Assembly: GCA_026396515.1 (NCBI GenBank)
Contig: JAPLWQ010000001.1
Span: 564-64,563, forward strand
Length of the DNA stretch: 64,000 bases
Direction of reading: 5' to 3'
Source: Candidatus Magasanikiibacteriota bacterium
Lineage (GTDB): Bacteria > Patescibacteriota > Patescibacteriia > Magasanikbacterales > GWA2-37-8
Positions 20,154 through 29,294 of the stretch are shown here, one piece after another (the first letter of the stretch is position 1; each line of letters begins with the position of its first letter). Position numbers and translations under genes: made by a program. The notes beneath the pieces are model-generated. The model saw only the letters and a list, made by a program, of their open reading frames with translations, did not search any database and had not been told where the DNA came from.

Positions 20154-21119
20154 CTAGTCAATATTTAATAAAACAATTTCCGGTCTGGCGAACAAGCGCA
20201 GTGGGGCGCCGGATTCGCCGGCGCCAACGGAAGTATAAATTGGGATGTTGTGGAAATAATTCAACCCGCGATAGAAGCTTTTGCCTAAAATTATTTGTGC
20301 GTCGCCGAGCGGACCGAAAAAGGGAATCCATATCTGCCCTCCGTGCGTGTGGCCGGCGAGGATGAGATCCGGTGCCGGCAGATTTGTCGGATAATACAAA
20401 ATGCCGTCCGGATTATGAGTGATATATATTAGTGGAGTTTCATTATCCCAATTTTTTAAATCAGAAAAGTTTGGTTTATATTTCCAAATGTCATCTATGC
20501 CGAAGAGACAAATTTTTTGTCCCTTAATTTCCGGGCAATCAAGCGTATTACGCAAAAGAGGAATGCCGAGAGTCTTCATCCGGTCAATCAAAAGCTGTGA
20601 ACGGTCTCCGGTATATTTTTCCGGTTTGTTCCGTACCGTTCCGCCGATGCCATATTCATGGTTGCCGAGTACATAATACATGGAAAATTTTCCGATCAAT
20701 TTCCGCAGGGGTTCAAGATACTGGCTTTCGTCTTCAAAAGTTGCTTCATTGTCAATTAAGTCGCCGCCGAAAATCACCAGATCCGGATTAGCCGATTCAA
20801 TACGAGCTACTATTTTTTCAACCCAGGCCGTTTTCTTGTGATTACCGACCTGGATATCGCTGATTAAGGCGATTTTTAAATTGTTAATTTTGCTGTTTTG
20901 AAGAGCAACAGATGTTGTTTTTAAGATAAACGGTTCTGTGAGAGTTGAATATATTACCGTCAGAATGCCGACTGCCAGAATGGCAATAAATATTCCGCTA
21001 AAAAATTTATAACGGCCGAAAAATAATTTCGGATTTTTGCGGTCACGAAAAATATACCAGATCACCAGGCCGGCGACTAAGGCATAACCATAAACAATGA
21101 TGAGTAAAACTATATTCAT
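20154..21119 (-). CDS. membrane-anchored calcineurin-like metallophosphoesterase
   Basis: GDLID, GNHEY, GHTHGG motifs. Two N-terminal TM helices. Confidence 0.85.
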   Translation of the reverse strand: MNIVLLIIVYGYALVAGLVIWYIFRDRKNPKLFFGRYKFFSGIFIAILAVGILTVIYSTLTEPFILKTTSVALQNSKINNLKIALISDIQVGNHKKTAWVEKIVARIESANPDLVIFGGDLIDNEATFEDESQYLEPLRKLIGKFSMYYVLGNHEYGIGGTVRNKPEKYTGDRSQLLIDRMKTLGIPLLRNTLDCPEIKGQKICLFGIDDIWKYKPNFSDLKNWDNETPLIYITHNPDGILYYPTNLPAPDLILAGHTHGGQIWIPFFGPLGDAQIILGKSFYRGLNYFHNIPIYTSVGAGESGAPLRLFARPEIVLLNID

Positions 21120-21170
21120 AGTGACGATATTTTACTACAGGCAGGCCATTATTTCAATATAAAATGAAAA

Positions 21171-21205
21171 GCCGGCGAACTGAACGCTCGCCGGCCTGAA
21201 TGTGC
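21171..21205 (-). terminator. Rho-independent terminator 3' of the GC-rich ORF 21238..21543
   Basis: gccggcga...tcgccggc with a T-run on the minus strand. Confidence 0.5.
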
Positions 21206-21237
21206 GGGTATATTTTTTTATCAAGGTGCGGCGGGCG

Positions 21238-21543
21238 TCAAGCGCATATTCTAGCTTCGTGTTCCTTGAAGAGAAAAACGCGCCCGTTTTTGGGGTAGCC
21301 GTGGTCTGTCCACCATCGAGCAGCTTCGGGCGCCATTTCGGACAGCGCGGCGATGGCTTCGTGCTGCGCCACAGCCCGAGCATTCTGGTAGCCTGTCGCC
21401 AGTTTACCGGAGAGCACTTCGACTGAGTGACTTCCTGTTCCGTCGATATACTGGCAGGGTAGCACCAACCCTACCCATTTTCGCCGTACCTCGAGTGGGG
21501 CCTCGCCGTCTGGAATCTCAGTGATTTCAATCAGGCATCTCAT
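21238..21543 (-). CDS. hypothetical protein (101 aa), GC-rich, abutting the tRNA-Leu 3' end
   Basis: GC-rich codons. Lies between tRNA-Leu (minus) and a terminator. No motif recognised. Confidence 0.45.
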   Translation of the reverse strand: MRCLIEITEIPDGEAPLEVRRKWVGLVLPCQYIDGTGSHSVEVLSGKLATGYQNARAVAQHEAIAALSEMAPEAARWWTDHGYPKNGRVFLFKEHEARICA

Positions 21544-21603
21544 TTTGCCGCACCTCCTTTGTTTGTTCGTTTTTTACAGGAACACACTGTGAGTGGCTAC
21601 TTG

Positions 21604-21685
21604 TGCCCGAGGAGAGAATCGAACTCTCATGGCCGAAGCCGCACGATTTTGAGTCGTGTTCGTCTACCAATTCCGACACCCGGGC
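21604..21685 (-). tRNA. tRNA-Leu (anticodon CAA), class II with long variable arm
   Basis: Manual fold: acceptor GCCCGGG/CTCGGGC, anticodon loop CTCAAAA, T-arm GAGAG-TTCGATT-CTCTC, variable hairpin. Confidence 0.8.
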
Positions 21686-21759
21686 AAAATGTGCTCACAT
21701 TGTAGTAAATATAGGACCTTTTGTCAAATATTGGCCAATAAATGAACAATAATTTCTCT

Positions 21760-21787
21760 TTGATTAAATATATATTTATGGTACAAT
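21760..21787 (+). promoter_or_regulatory. promoter-like TTGATT-16-TACAAT upstream of parA
   Basis: Sequence match 10 nt before the parA ATG. Confidence 0.4.
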
Positions 21788-21798
21788 AATACCTAATT

Positions 21799-22563
21799 AT
21801 GCCTCCGGTAATATCAATTGTCAATCAAAAAGGCGGGGTGGGGAAGACCACTACTGCTGTTAATCTGGCCGCCGGTTTGTCTGAAGCCGGTAAGTTTGTT
21901 TTATTGGTTGATCTGGACCCTCAAGGCAATGCCACTTCCGGCTTGGGAGTGAAAATTGATGAGATTGAAGAGGGTTTATATCATACGATCGTCGGCACTT
22001 CCCGCATTCATGATATTGTGCGAAATACGGCGCACACCGGTTTGCGGGTGGCACCGGCAACGCCCGATTTAGCAGGTGCCAATGTTGAATTGGTAAATAT
22101 GGAAGGCAGAGAATCAAAATTGACCGATGTCTTATCCGAAGCGAAGCATGCCTATGATTACATTATTATTGATTGTCCGCCCTCGCTTGGCCTTTTAACT
22201 TTGAACGGTCTGGTTGCAGCCGACCATGTGCTCATTCCGGTTCAGGCTGAATACTATGCCCTTGAAGGGTTGGGTCAGCTATTAAAAACAATTGATTTGG
22301 TGCGAACAAATATTAAGCCGGAAATAAATGTATTGGGCGCTGTCTTGACCATGTTTGATTCCCGCAATCGTCTGTCGGAAGAAGTATTGCATGAGCTCTA
22401 CAAATACTTTCCTAATAATATATTCCGCTCCGTTATTCCTCGTACTGTTCGTTTGGCCGAAGCGCCGAGCTATGGTCAGAGTATATTTCATTATGAACCG
22501 AGCGGGAAGGGAGCAAAAGCGTATGAGCGTTTAACTCGTGAATTTTTAGAGCGTTTTGAATAA
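21799..22563 (+). CDS. parA: chromosome partitioning ATPase ParA/Soj
   Basis: KGGVGKTTTAVNLA deviant Walker A. Confidence 0.92.
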   Translation: MPPVISIVNQKGGVGKTTTAVNLAAGLSEAGKFVLLVDLDPQGNATSGLGVKIDEIEEGLYHTIVGTSRIHDIVRNTAHTGLRVAPATPDLAGANVELVNMEGRESKLTDVLSEAKHAYDYIIIDCPPSLGLLTLNGLVAADHVLIPVQAEYYALEGLGQLLKTIDLVRTNIKPEINVLGAVLTMFDSRNRLSEEVLHELYKYFPNNIFRSVIPRTVRLAEAPSYGQSIFHYEPSGKGAKAYERLTREFLERFE

Positions 22564-22580
22564 TACTATTTTTTTATTTT

Positions 22581-23444
22581 ATGTCATTAGGCCGCGGACT
22601 GGGGGCGCTTATCACCCCGATATCAAGGCAAAAAAAGGAGTATGAAACAGGAACCAGGCAAAGTCCTGTGGCAGACTCTTCAAAAATTTGGACTATTCCG
22701 GTGTCTGAAATTTTAGCAAACGCCAAACAGCCGCGTACGCATTTTGATCCGGAGGCATTGCAGGAATTGTCAGTTTCGATAAAGGAATATGGCATATTGC
22801 AACCGATACTTGTGGCTGAAAAGCGCGATGGCGGATATGAGCTTATTGCCGGTGAAAGGCGCTGGCGGGCGGCAAAATTGGCTGGGTTGTCTACTGTGCC
22901 GGCTTTGGTTAAACAACTGCCGGAGCTGGCTAAATTGGAAATTTCCCTGATAGAGAATATTCAGCGGGCTGATTTAAATTCTATTGAGGAAGCGTTTGCT
23001 TATAAGCGTCTGACTGATGAATTTAATTTGACTCAACAACAGGTGGCGGATAAGATCGGAAAAAGCCGGCCGGCGGTGGCTAATACTATCCGCTTGCTTG
23101 AGTTGCCGGATGAAGTGCAGAAGGCCTTAATTGAAAAAAGAATTAACACGGGTCAAGCCCGCGCCTTGCTGTCGTTAAAAAATGAAAAGGAACAGCTTGA
23201 TGCTTTGTCTTCAATGTTAGGCCAAAAAATTTCAGTGCGTGAATTGGAAAAAGTTGTGCAAAAAATGAAACCGAATGGTTTTGCCCGCCGTGATCCGAAT
23301 TTGGCGTATATTGAACAAAAACTTCGTGCTACTCTTGGCACAAAAGTGAATATATCGCAAAAAGGAGAGCGGGGGATAGTGGCGATAAACTATTACTCAA
23401 AGGAAGAGCTGGCAAGAGTGATAAAAAAAATTATTGGAGAATAA
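22581..23444 (+). CDS. parB: chromosome partitioning protein ParB/Spo0J
   Basis: GLGRGL N-terminus. LIAGERRWRAAKLAG ParB box. HTH. Confidence 0.92.
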   Translation: MSLGRGLGALITPISRQKKEYETGTRQSPVADSSKIWTIPVSEILANAKQPRTHFDPEALQELSVSIKEYGILQPILVAEKRDGGYELIAGERRWRAAKLAGLSTVPALVKQLPELAKLEISLIENIQRADLNSIEEAFAYKRLTDEFNLTQQQVADKIGKSRPAVANTIRLLELPDEVQKALIEKRINTGQARALLSLKNEKEQLDALSSMLGQKISVRELEKVVQKMKPNGFARRDPNLAYIEQKLRATLGTKVNISQKGERGIVAINYYSKEELARVIKKIIGE

Positions 23445-23450
23445 AAAAAT

Positions 23451-23482
23451 CGCCCCGACGTATGTAGGGGCGATTTTAAATT
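23451..23482. terminator. bidirectional terminator between parB and rel
   Basis: atcgcccc...ggggcgatttt. Confidence 0.55.
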
Positions 23483-25007
23483 ATTTCTTTAGCGGCATTG
23501 GCAGGATCGTCGCCAGCCAATGTTTTTTTTGTGTGTTGAAGTATTGTCTGATATGCTGTTTAGCCACATGAGTTTTGACAAATTTCAGCCAGTCGCGGCT
23601 CGGGCCTTTGCGGTTTTTATCGACAATAACCTCAACTACATCGCCGCTTCGAAGCGCGGTATCAAGCGACACCATTTGATCGTTCACCAGTGAGCCGTTG
23701 CATTTATTTCCGATATCGGTGTGAATATGATAGGCAAAATCAACCGGTGTGGCATTTTCCGGCAAATCTATAACATCGCCGTTCGGGGTAAAAACAAAAA
23801 TCCTATTCTGAAAAAAATCAATTTTTAAAGAATCTAAGTCGGAAAGATTATTTAATACCTCCTTTTGAATTCGCGCCAGTTCTTTCGCCCAGCCGACATC
23901 TTTAGCCGAGGCTCTCGGCGGTCCTTTCTTTTCGTCATAATGCCAATGTGCAGCGATGCCGAATTCAGCCTCCTCATGCATTCCCAAAGTGCGAATTTGG
24001 AATTCCACTACTCTACCGTCATCGCAAAAAACAGTTGTGTGAAGTGATTTGTATCCGTTTGGTTTCGGTTGGGAAATAAAGTCCTTTATTCTTCCTTTCA
24101 GAGGCCGCCAAAGTTTATGAATAATACCAAGGGCAGCATAGCAGTCGCTGATTTCCGGAACCAATACGCGCACAGCAACAATGTCGTGAATTTGGTCGAC
24201 TTCCCAGTTTCTTTGCTTAAGTTTTTGAAAAAAACTGTACAATTTTTTCTTTCGTCCGTGAATATCGATCACTTTTAATCCGGCTTTCTTCAATTCGTTT
24301 TTTGTTTCCACCATTATTTTTTCCAAATACGGGCCCTCTTCAGCAATGGTTGCGTCGCTAAGTTCCTTAACTTTTTCGTATTCTTTCGGAAAAACATATT
24401 TAAATGATAAGTCCTCCAGTATGCCTTTGAATTCGCCCATGCCCAGACGGTTGGCAATCGGCGCATAAATCTCCAAACTTTCCAACGCTATCCGGTATTG
24501 CTTATTTGGCGGCTGAGCTTCGAGAGTAAGCAAATTGTGGATGCGGTCGGCAAATTTAATAATCATCACTCTGATGTCCTCGGCCATGGCCACAAACATT
24601 TTGCGCAGATTTTCGAGATAGCGTTCCACTCCGCGGTATTTTAGTTTTCCCAACTTGGTTATTCCCTTCACCATGTTGGCCACATCTTGGCCGAATTTTT
24701 TTTCAATTTCATCCAAGGTGATCCCGGTGTCTTCCGGAACGTCGTGCAATAGAGCGGCAATAATGATGCTGATATCGATGCGCATCAAGGCAAGAATGAA
24801 AGCGGCTGTCAGCGGGTGGATAATGTATGGCTCTCCATTGAAGCGCAATTGTCCCTTATGAGCGTCTGCCGCGAAATCATAAGCCAACCGTACCATTTCC
24901 AGGTCGGATTTTACGCAGTATTTTTTTAGTTCGTCGATTAAAGAATCAAGCGAAACATTTTTTGGCAGTACGATTTGATTTTTCATATGCCTTAAAATTG
25001 AAGCCAT
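23481..25007 (-). CDS. relA: bifunctional (p)ppGpp synthetase/hydrolase Rel/SpoT homolog (short form with TGS)
   Basis: HD domain HDVPEDT, synthetase domain, C-terminal TGS. ATG at 25007; the track start at 25052 is TTG. Confidence 0.88.
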   Translation of the reverse strand: MASILRHMKNQIVLPKNVSLDSLIDELKKYCVKSDLEMVRLAYDFAADAHKGQLRFNGEPYIIHPLTAAFILALMRIDISIIIAALLHDVPEDTGITLDEIEKKFGQDVANMVKGITKLGKLKYRGVERYLENLRKMFVAMAEDIRVMIIKFADRIHNLLTLEAQPPNKQYRIALESLEIYAPIANRLGMGEFKGILEDLSFKYVFPKEYEKVKELSDATIAEEGPYLEKIMVETKNELKKAGLKVIDIHGRKKKLYSFFQKLKQRNWEVDQIHDIVAVRVLVPEISDCYAALGIIHKLWRPLKGRIKDFISQPKPNGYKSLHTTVFCDDGRVVEFQIRTLGMHEEAEFGIAAHWHYDEKKGPPRASAKDVGWAKELARIQKEVLNNLSDLDSLKIDFFQNRIFVFTPNGDVIDLPENATPVDFAYHIHTDIGNKCNGSLVNDQMVSLDTALRSGDVVEVIVDKNRKGPSRDWLKFVKTHVAKQHIRQYFNTQKKHWLATILPMPLKK

Positions 25008-25045
25008 ATATGGCCCATTTTTTATTCTATCCTTAATTCCGGGTC

Positions 25046-25074
25046 TTGACAAGATGGATAATTTGTGCTATAGT
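25046..25074 (+). promoter_or_regulatory. consensus sigma70 promoter TTGACA-17-TATAGT reading away from rel
   Basis: Perfect -35, 17-nt spacer, TATAGT. A terminator follows about 40 nt later at 25109-25137. Confidence 0.55.
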
Positions 25075-25108
25075 ATTCGCGTGATGTAAAGAACTTAGTG
25101 CTGCAAAA

Positions 25109-25137
25109 CTCCGTGCCCTCTGGACACGGGGTTTTTG
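25109..25137 (+). terminator. Rho-independent terminator (ccgtgccctctggacacgg + T-run)
   Basis: Hairpin plus ggtttttgcttttt. Together with the promoter at 25046 it delimits a transcript of about 55 nt. Confidence 0.5.
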
Positions 25138-25238
25138 CTTTTTAGGCTTATTTAGCGGTAAATGAAATGTGCCGGACCCGGGGGAAAGTGGATCCTTTAT
25201 AATTTGACGACATTTTATCGCCATGTTATATTATATCC

Positions 25239-25535
25239 GCAGCAGGCTTGGGCACATGTCGTAGCTCGGTTCTGTCCGTGGCGCCTCCTCCTGTTCTGTC
25301 AGCGCGTTCCTTTACATAGGCACAGCCCAAACCCGGGGCGTGTGCTCCTGACCCCTCCTCTCAAGGGGCTTGAAAGATTGCGCATGTTCTCGCATCAACT
25401 GATCATGGGGGTCGAAGAAGAAGGCTCCCATGAGCATCTGCCCTGCCCTCAAGCTTCGGCAAAAAAGATTTCTGTTCCTCGAGACATGTAACGGGTAGCG
25501 GCTCCTCGCCTTTGGGGGAGCCGCGTTTTTATTTT
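25239..25535 (+). ncRNA. candidate structured ncRNA (unassigned), GC-rich, with own promoter and terminator
   Basis: TTGACG-17-TATATT promoter at 25204-25232. About 295 nt of GC-rich sequence with many local hairpins and no plausible ORF (the 109-aa track ORF has junk composition). Strong terminator gcggctcctcgcc...ggagccgcgttttt at 25498-25535. Confidence 0.35.
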
Positions 25536-25654
25536 AGTCCGTCGCGATTGCATCCTTGATTAATTGAGTAAAACGTGCTATATTGTTATTTGCAGGCGGC
25601 AATCGGCCCTTTGCATCACCATAGGCATTAAGGTTCGCCTTTTGCCCCTGCAAT

Positions 25655-25688
25655 TAAAAAACCATTACTTTTTGTAATGGTTTTTTAA
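25655..25688. terminator. bidirectional terminator 3' of topA
   Basis: aaaaaaccattac..gtaatggtttttt. Confidence 0.55.
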
Positions 25689-25699
25689 TTGATAACTAT

Positions 25700-27913
25700 T
25701 TATTTTTTTGCCGGGCATTCCTTGTTTGAACAAACCGTGCTTCCTTTTTTACCGAATACCATTGGCTTTTTGCACGTCGTGCAGGCCTCACCATTCGGGC
25801 GGTCCCATAGAGCGAAGTCGCAATCCGGGTATCGGTTGCAGCCGTAAAATTTCTTACCGCGCTTGGTTTTTCTTTCAATGATTTCTCCAGTACCGCATTT
25901 TGGGCATTTTAGGTTCAGCTTGATTTCAATATTTTTAATATTTTTACATTTCGGGTAAGCGCTGCAGCTGATAAACGGACCGAAACGGCCGATTTTTCTC
26001 ACCATCGGAGCACCGCATTTGTCGCAGGCTTCATTGATTGGCTCTGCAGCCGGGGAAGCTTCTGCGCCCTCTTCTCCCGGTAATGGTTTTGTGTTTTTAC
26101 ATTTCGGATAGCCGGAGCAGGCCATAAATTTACCAAATCTGCCAACCTTGATAACCATCGGGGAACCGCATTTGTCGCAGACCTCGTCTGTTTTTTCCTC
26201 GGTCAATTCCTTTTTTGACAATTCTTTATCCTTAATTATAAGATTGTCCTTAAATGGCTTATAAAAATCAGCAATTATCGGTTGCCACTTTTTTTCGCCA
26301 TCGGCGATCTGGTCCAAATCTTCTTCCATCTGCGCGGTAAATTTAAAGTCAACGATATTGGGGAAGTGAGCGACCAGTAAATCATTTACCAGATAAGCGA
26401 TTTCGCGCGGAAAAAGTTTTTTCTTTTCGTCGCGCTCAACGTAGCCGCGGTCTTCAATGGTGGCGATGGTTGGAGCGTATGTGGAAGGGCGGCCAATACC
26501 GAATTCTTCCAACGCCTTTACCAGCGTTGCATCCGAATATCGTCCCGGCGGTTCGGTAAAATGCTGTTCCGGCTTTAGTTCCTTACAGTCTACTGCGGCG
26601 CCATTTTCAACTTTCGGCAAAAGATTTTCTTTGGTTTTTTCCGGGTACAATTTTAAAAATCCTTCAAACACAATATTTTGCCCGTTGGCGCGGAATGTAT
26701 AATTATTTTTTGATTCAATGTCAATGACGGCGTTATTTATTTTTGCCGGCGCCATTTGTGTAGCGAGCGCCCGGCGCCAAATGAGATCGTATAGTCTGTA
26801 TTGGTGGCTATCCAAAAAATCTTTTATTGTTTCCGGATCGCGGGCCGCTTCGGTTGGCCTGACCGCTTCATGAGCTTCCTGCGCATTTTTGCTTTTTGTT
26901 TTGAAAACGCGCGCTTCGCCGTTGTAATATTTTTCGCCAAACTCGCCGGAGATAGCAGTTTTTGCATCTTGCAGAAATTTTTCCGATAAATTCATTGAGT
27001 CCGTGCGCATGTAAGTGATTAAACCGACAGAACCTTCGGGCCCGAGCTCAACACCCTCGTATAATTGCTGAGCTACACGCATGGTTTGTTTTGCCGAAAA
27101 TCCCAAGCGGTGGTTAGCTTCCTGCTGCAGAGTGGAAGTGGTAAATGGAGGAGAGGGTTGGCGACTGGTCAGTTTTTCTTCGGTATTGGAAATCGCGTAA
27201 GATGCTCCTTTAAGGTCAGCCAATATTACATCAACAGCCGCTTGGTTTTTTAAATCCATTTTATCCAGCTTGCCTTTTGGCGTGGAGGTAAGTTTAGCGG
27301 CGAACGGATCTGTTTTTGCGGCGGAAAATTCCCCCTCAACGGACCAGTATTCTTCATGATTGAAATTTTTTATTTCACGCTCTCGCTCAACAACCAGCCG
27401 AACTGCCACTGATTGTACGCGTCCGGCCGATAGTCCTTTGGCAATTTTACGCCAGAGAAAAGGGGATAATTCGTAGCCGACCAAGCGGTCAAGAACACGG
27501 CGCGCTTGTTGCGCGTCCACCATTTTCATATCAAGTTTACGCGGGTTCTCCAGCGCTTTTTCAATGGCGTCCTTGGTAATTTCATGAAATGCAATACGGC
27601 TGACTTTTTTCGGATCAATGCCAAGCACAATTGAAAGATGCCAAGAGATAGCTTCGCCTTCGCGGTCCTCATCAGTTGCGAATAAGACCTTATCAACTTT
27701 AGCCGCCGCTGTTTTCAACTCTTTAACTATTTTCATTTTTTCCCGGCTGACCGTATATTGCGGTTCAAAATTATTTTCAATATCAATACCAAGTTCGCGT
27801 TTCGGTAGGTCGCGAATATGGCCAAATGAAGATTTGACCACATACTTGCTGCCAAGATATTTGGATATTGTTTTGGCTTTTGCCGGAGACTCAACGATTA
27901 CAAGTGTTTTCAT
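25700..27913 (-). CDS. topA: DNA topoisomerase I with C-terminal zinc ribbons
   Basis: TOPRIM N-terminus MKTLVIVESPAKAK. Three C-terminal C4 ribbons. Confidence 0.95.
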   Translation of the reverse strand: MKTLVIVESPAKAKTISKYLGSKYVVKSSFGHIRDLPKRELGIDIENNFEPQYTVSREKMKIVKELKTAAAKVDKVLFATDEDREGEAISWHLSIVLGIDPKKVSRIAFHEITKDAIEKALENPRKLDMKMVDAQQARRVLDRLVGYELSPFLWRKIAKGLSAGRVQSVAVRLVVEREREIKNFNHEEYWSVEGEFSAAKTDPFAAKLTSTPKGKLDKMDLKNQAAVDVILADLKGASYAISNTEEKLTSRQPSPPFTTSTLQQEANHRLGFSAKQTMRVAQQLYEGVELGPEGSVGLITYMRTDSMNLSEKFLQDAKTAISGEFGEKYYNGEARVFKTKSKNAQEAHEAVRPTEAARDPETIKDFLDSHQYRLYDLIWRRALATQMAPAKINNAVIDIESKNNYTFRANGQNIVFEGFLKLYPEKTKENLLPKVENGAAVDCKELKPEQHFTEPPGRYSDATLVKALEEFGIGRPSTYAPTIATIEDRGYVERDEKKKLFPREIAYLVNDLLVAHFPNIVDFKFTAQMEEDLDQIADGEKKWQPIIADFYKPFKDNLIIKDKELSKKELTEEKTDEVCDKCGSPMVIKVGRFGKFMACSGYPKCKNTKPLPGEEGAEASPAAEPINEACDKCGAPMVRKIGRFGPFISCSAYPKCKNIKNIEIKLNLKCPKCGTGEIIERKTKRGKKFYGCNRYPDCDFALWDRPNGEACTTCKKPMVFGKKGSTVCSNKECPAKK

Positions 27914-27985
27914 AAGCGAAAGCAGGTGAGTAGAATGTCCGTAGAAGGCGGATATTTCCGAGCAGAGGAGTTCATATATGATCTT
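27914..27985 (-). promoter_or_regulatory. conserved 5'-leader element, copy A (topA)
   Basis: About 70 nt immediately upstream of the topA ATG. About 85% identical to the sequence upstream of the dprA ATG (29149-29220). Contains an imperfect hairpin. Confidence 0.5.
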
Positions 27986-28028
27986 TCGGCCTTTGCCGCA
28001 GGGTCAATATATATGTTTGATGCCCATT

Positions 28029-28058
28029 ATATTAGCCGAGAGGGGAGAATATGTCAAA
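28029..28058 (-). promoter_or_regulatory. sigma70-like promoter for topA (TTGACA-18-TAATAT on the minus strand)
   Basis: Sense strand tttgacatattctcccctctcggctaatataatg, about 110 nt upstream of the topA ATG. Confidence 0.45.
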
Positions 28059-28065
28059 TTTAGCC

Positions 28066-29148
28066 CTATACTTTTATATAACTCGCATTTCCAATTCCCT
28101 TAGCCAGCCCTTTTATTTCCAGCATTGATAATGCAGAGCTTACCTCATTTCCCGGCCTGCCGGAATCCGCCGCAATTCTATCAATGGTTTTCGCTTCAGA
28201 GCTTAAAATTTGATAGATGGCCGACTGGTCGGGCGGCAATTCTGACTGGATTGCTTCGTTAGGCCTTTTTTCAAAAACAATCGCTATATTTAATGTTTCC
28301 AAAACGTCAGATGCTTCGCTTACCAATCGTGCACCTTGTTTAATTAGCCGGTTGTTACCTTCCCCGTTTATTACGCCTATCGGATGTGGTACGGCCAAAA
28401 CTTCTCGGTTATAGTCCAAAGCCATCCGGGCGGTGATAAGCGCACCCGACCCCTCGGGCGCTTCAATAACCAAAGTGCCCAGCGTCAGACCGGCAATAAT
28501 ACGGTTGCGGGCGGGAAATGTATATGGTGTCGGTTTGAAACCAGGAGGATACTCGGAAACAATCGCACCGCCGGAAGCAATGATGCGCTCGGAAAGAGAA
28601 CGGTGGCTGGCCGGATACAAAGTATTGCGGTCAATGCCGCCGCCAAGCACGGCGACAGTTATGCCGCCAACTTTCAGTGTTTCTTCGTGAGCTAAACCGT
28701 CAAGCCCAAGAGCGAGACCGCTCACAATAATCATGCCGGACTTAGCGAGGGGTGGTACAATCGCCGCGCAGGCGGCTGCGCCATATGGTGAAATTCTTCG
28801 CGTGCCTACCACACCCAGCGACGGACAACTTTCATCTGGCAGTGTTCCGCGCACAAAAATAGTATATGGCGGGTCGGAAATTTGTTTGAGCAGTACAGGG
28901 TAGGCCGGCTCGTCAATCGACACAGGCCAAATGCCTTCCTGCTCCAGAATAACAGCGGCTTTTTCGGCGGGGAAATTTTCGCGCCAGCTGACAAATTCAT
29001 GAGCCACGCCATCTTCCCAGCCGGCTTGGACCAAATCGCTGAATTCAGCTGCTCCAATTTGTGAATAGTCGGAAAAATAATCCGCCAGTTGTTTCAACCG
29101 GCGGTTAGTTATTTTTGGGAAGAAAGAGAAATTAACCAGTGGGTTCAT
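28066..29148 (-). CDS. dprA: DNA processing protein DprA (Smf)
   Basis: Rossmann-like DprA core GVVGTRRISPYG...LGLDG. Start taken at ATG 29148 because the region upstream matches the noncoding topA leader. The ORF track extends to 29256 with a TTG start. Confidence 0.8.
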   Translation of the reverse strand: MNPLVNFSFFPKITNRRLKQLADYFSDYSQIGAAEFSDLVQAGWEDGVAHEFVSWRENFPAEKAAVILEQEGIWPVSIDEPAYPVLLKQISDPPYTIFVRGTLPDESCPSLGVVGTRRISPYGAAACAAIVPPLAKSGMIIVSGLALGLDGLAHEETLKVGGITVAVLGGGIDRNTLYPASHRSLSERIIASGGAIVSEYPPGFKPTPYTFPARNRIIAGLTLGTLVIEAPEGSGALITARMALDYNREVLAVPHPIGVINGEGNNRLIKQGARLVSEASDVLETLNIAIVFEKRPNEAIQSELPPDQSAIYQILSSEAKTIDRIAADSGRPGNEVSSALSMLEIKGLAKGIGNASYIKV

Positions 29149-29220
29149 AAGCGAACGCAGGTGAGCGAAATATCCGCTAACGGCGGATATTTCCGAGCCA
29201 AGGAGGTAATATATGCCGCA
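29149..29220 (-). promoter_or_regulatory. conserved 5'-leader element, copy B (dprA), with 12-bp perfect hairpin
   Basis: cggaaatatccgc/gcggatatttcg inverted repeat. Paralogous to 27914-27985. Confidence 0.5.
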
Positions 29221-29294
29221 GCACGATTCCACGGCAGCCTCATAGATTAAATTCAATAATTTTTTTTACTGTGCGGATCCGGTTGTGTAGGTAT

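Noticed and set aside
25162-25491. 109-aa plus ORF in the rel-topA intergenic region
   Set aside because: No SD. Trp/His/Pro/Cys-rich junk composition. The region has promoter and terminator signals and dense hairpins, which is better explained as ncRNA.
25046-25535. Assigning the GC-rich intergenic RNA to RNase P, tmRNA or SRP
   Set aside because: Could not find the P4 (AAAGTCCGG / ACAGAAN), tmRNA tag plus tRNA-like end, or SRP domain IV consensus strings on either strand by eye. Left unassigned.
28066-29256. Longer DprA (396 aa) starting at TTG 29256
   Set aside because: The extra 36 codons coincide with a nucleotide-conserved element that is clearly non-coding upstream of topA. ATG 29148 chosen instead.
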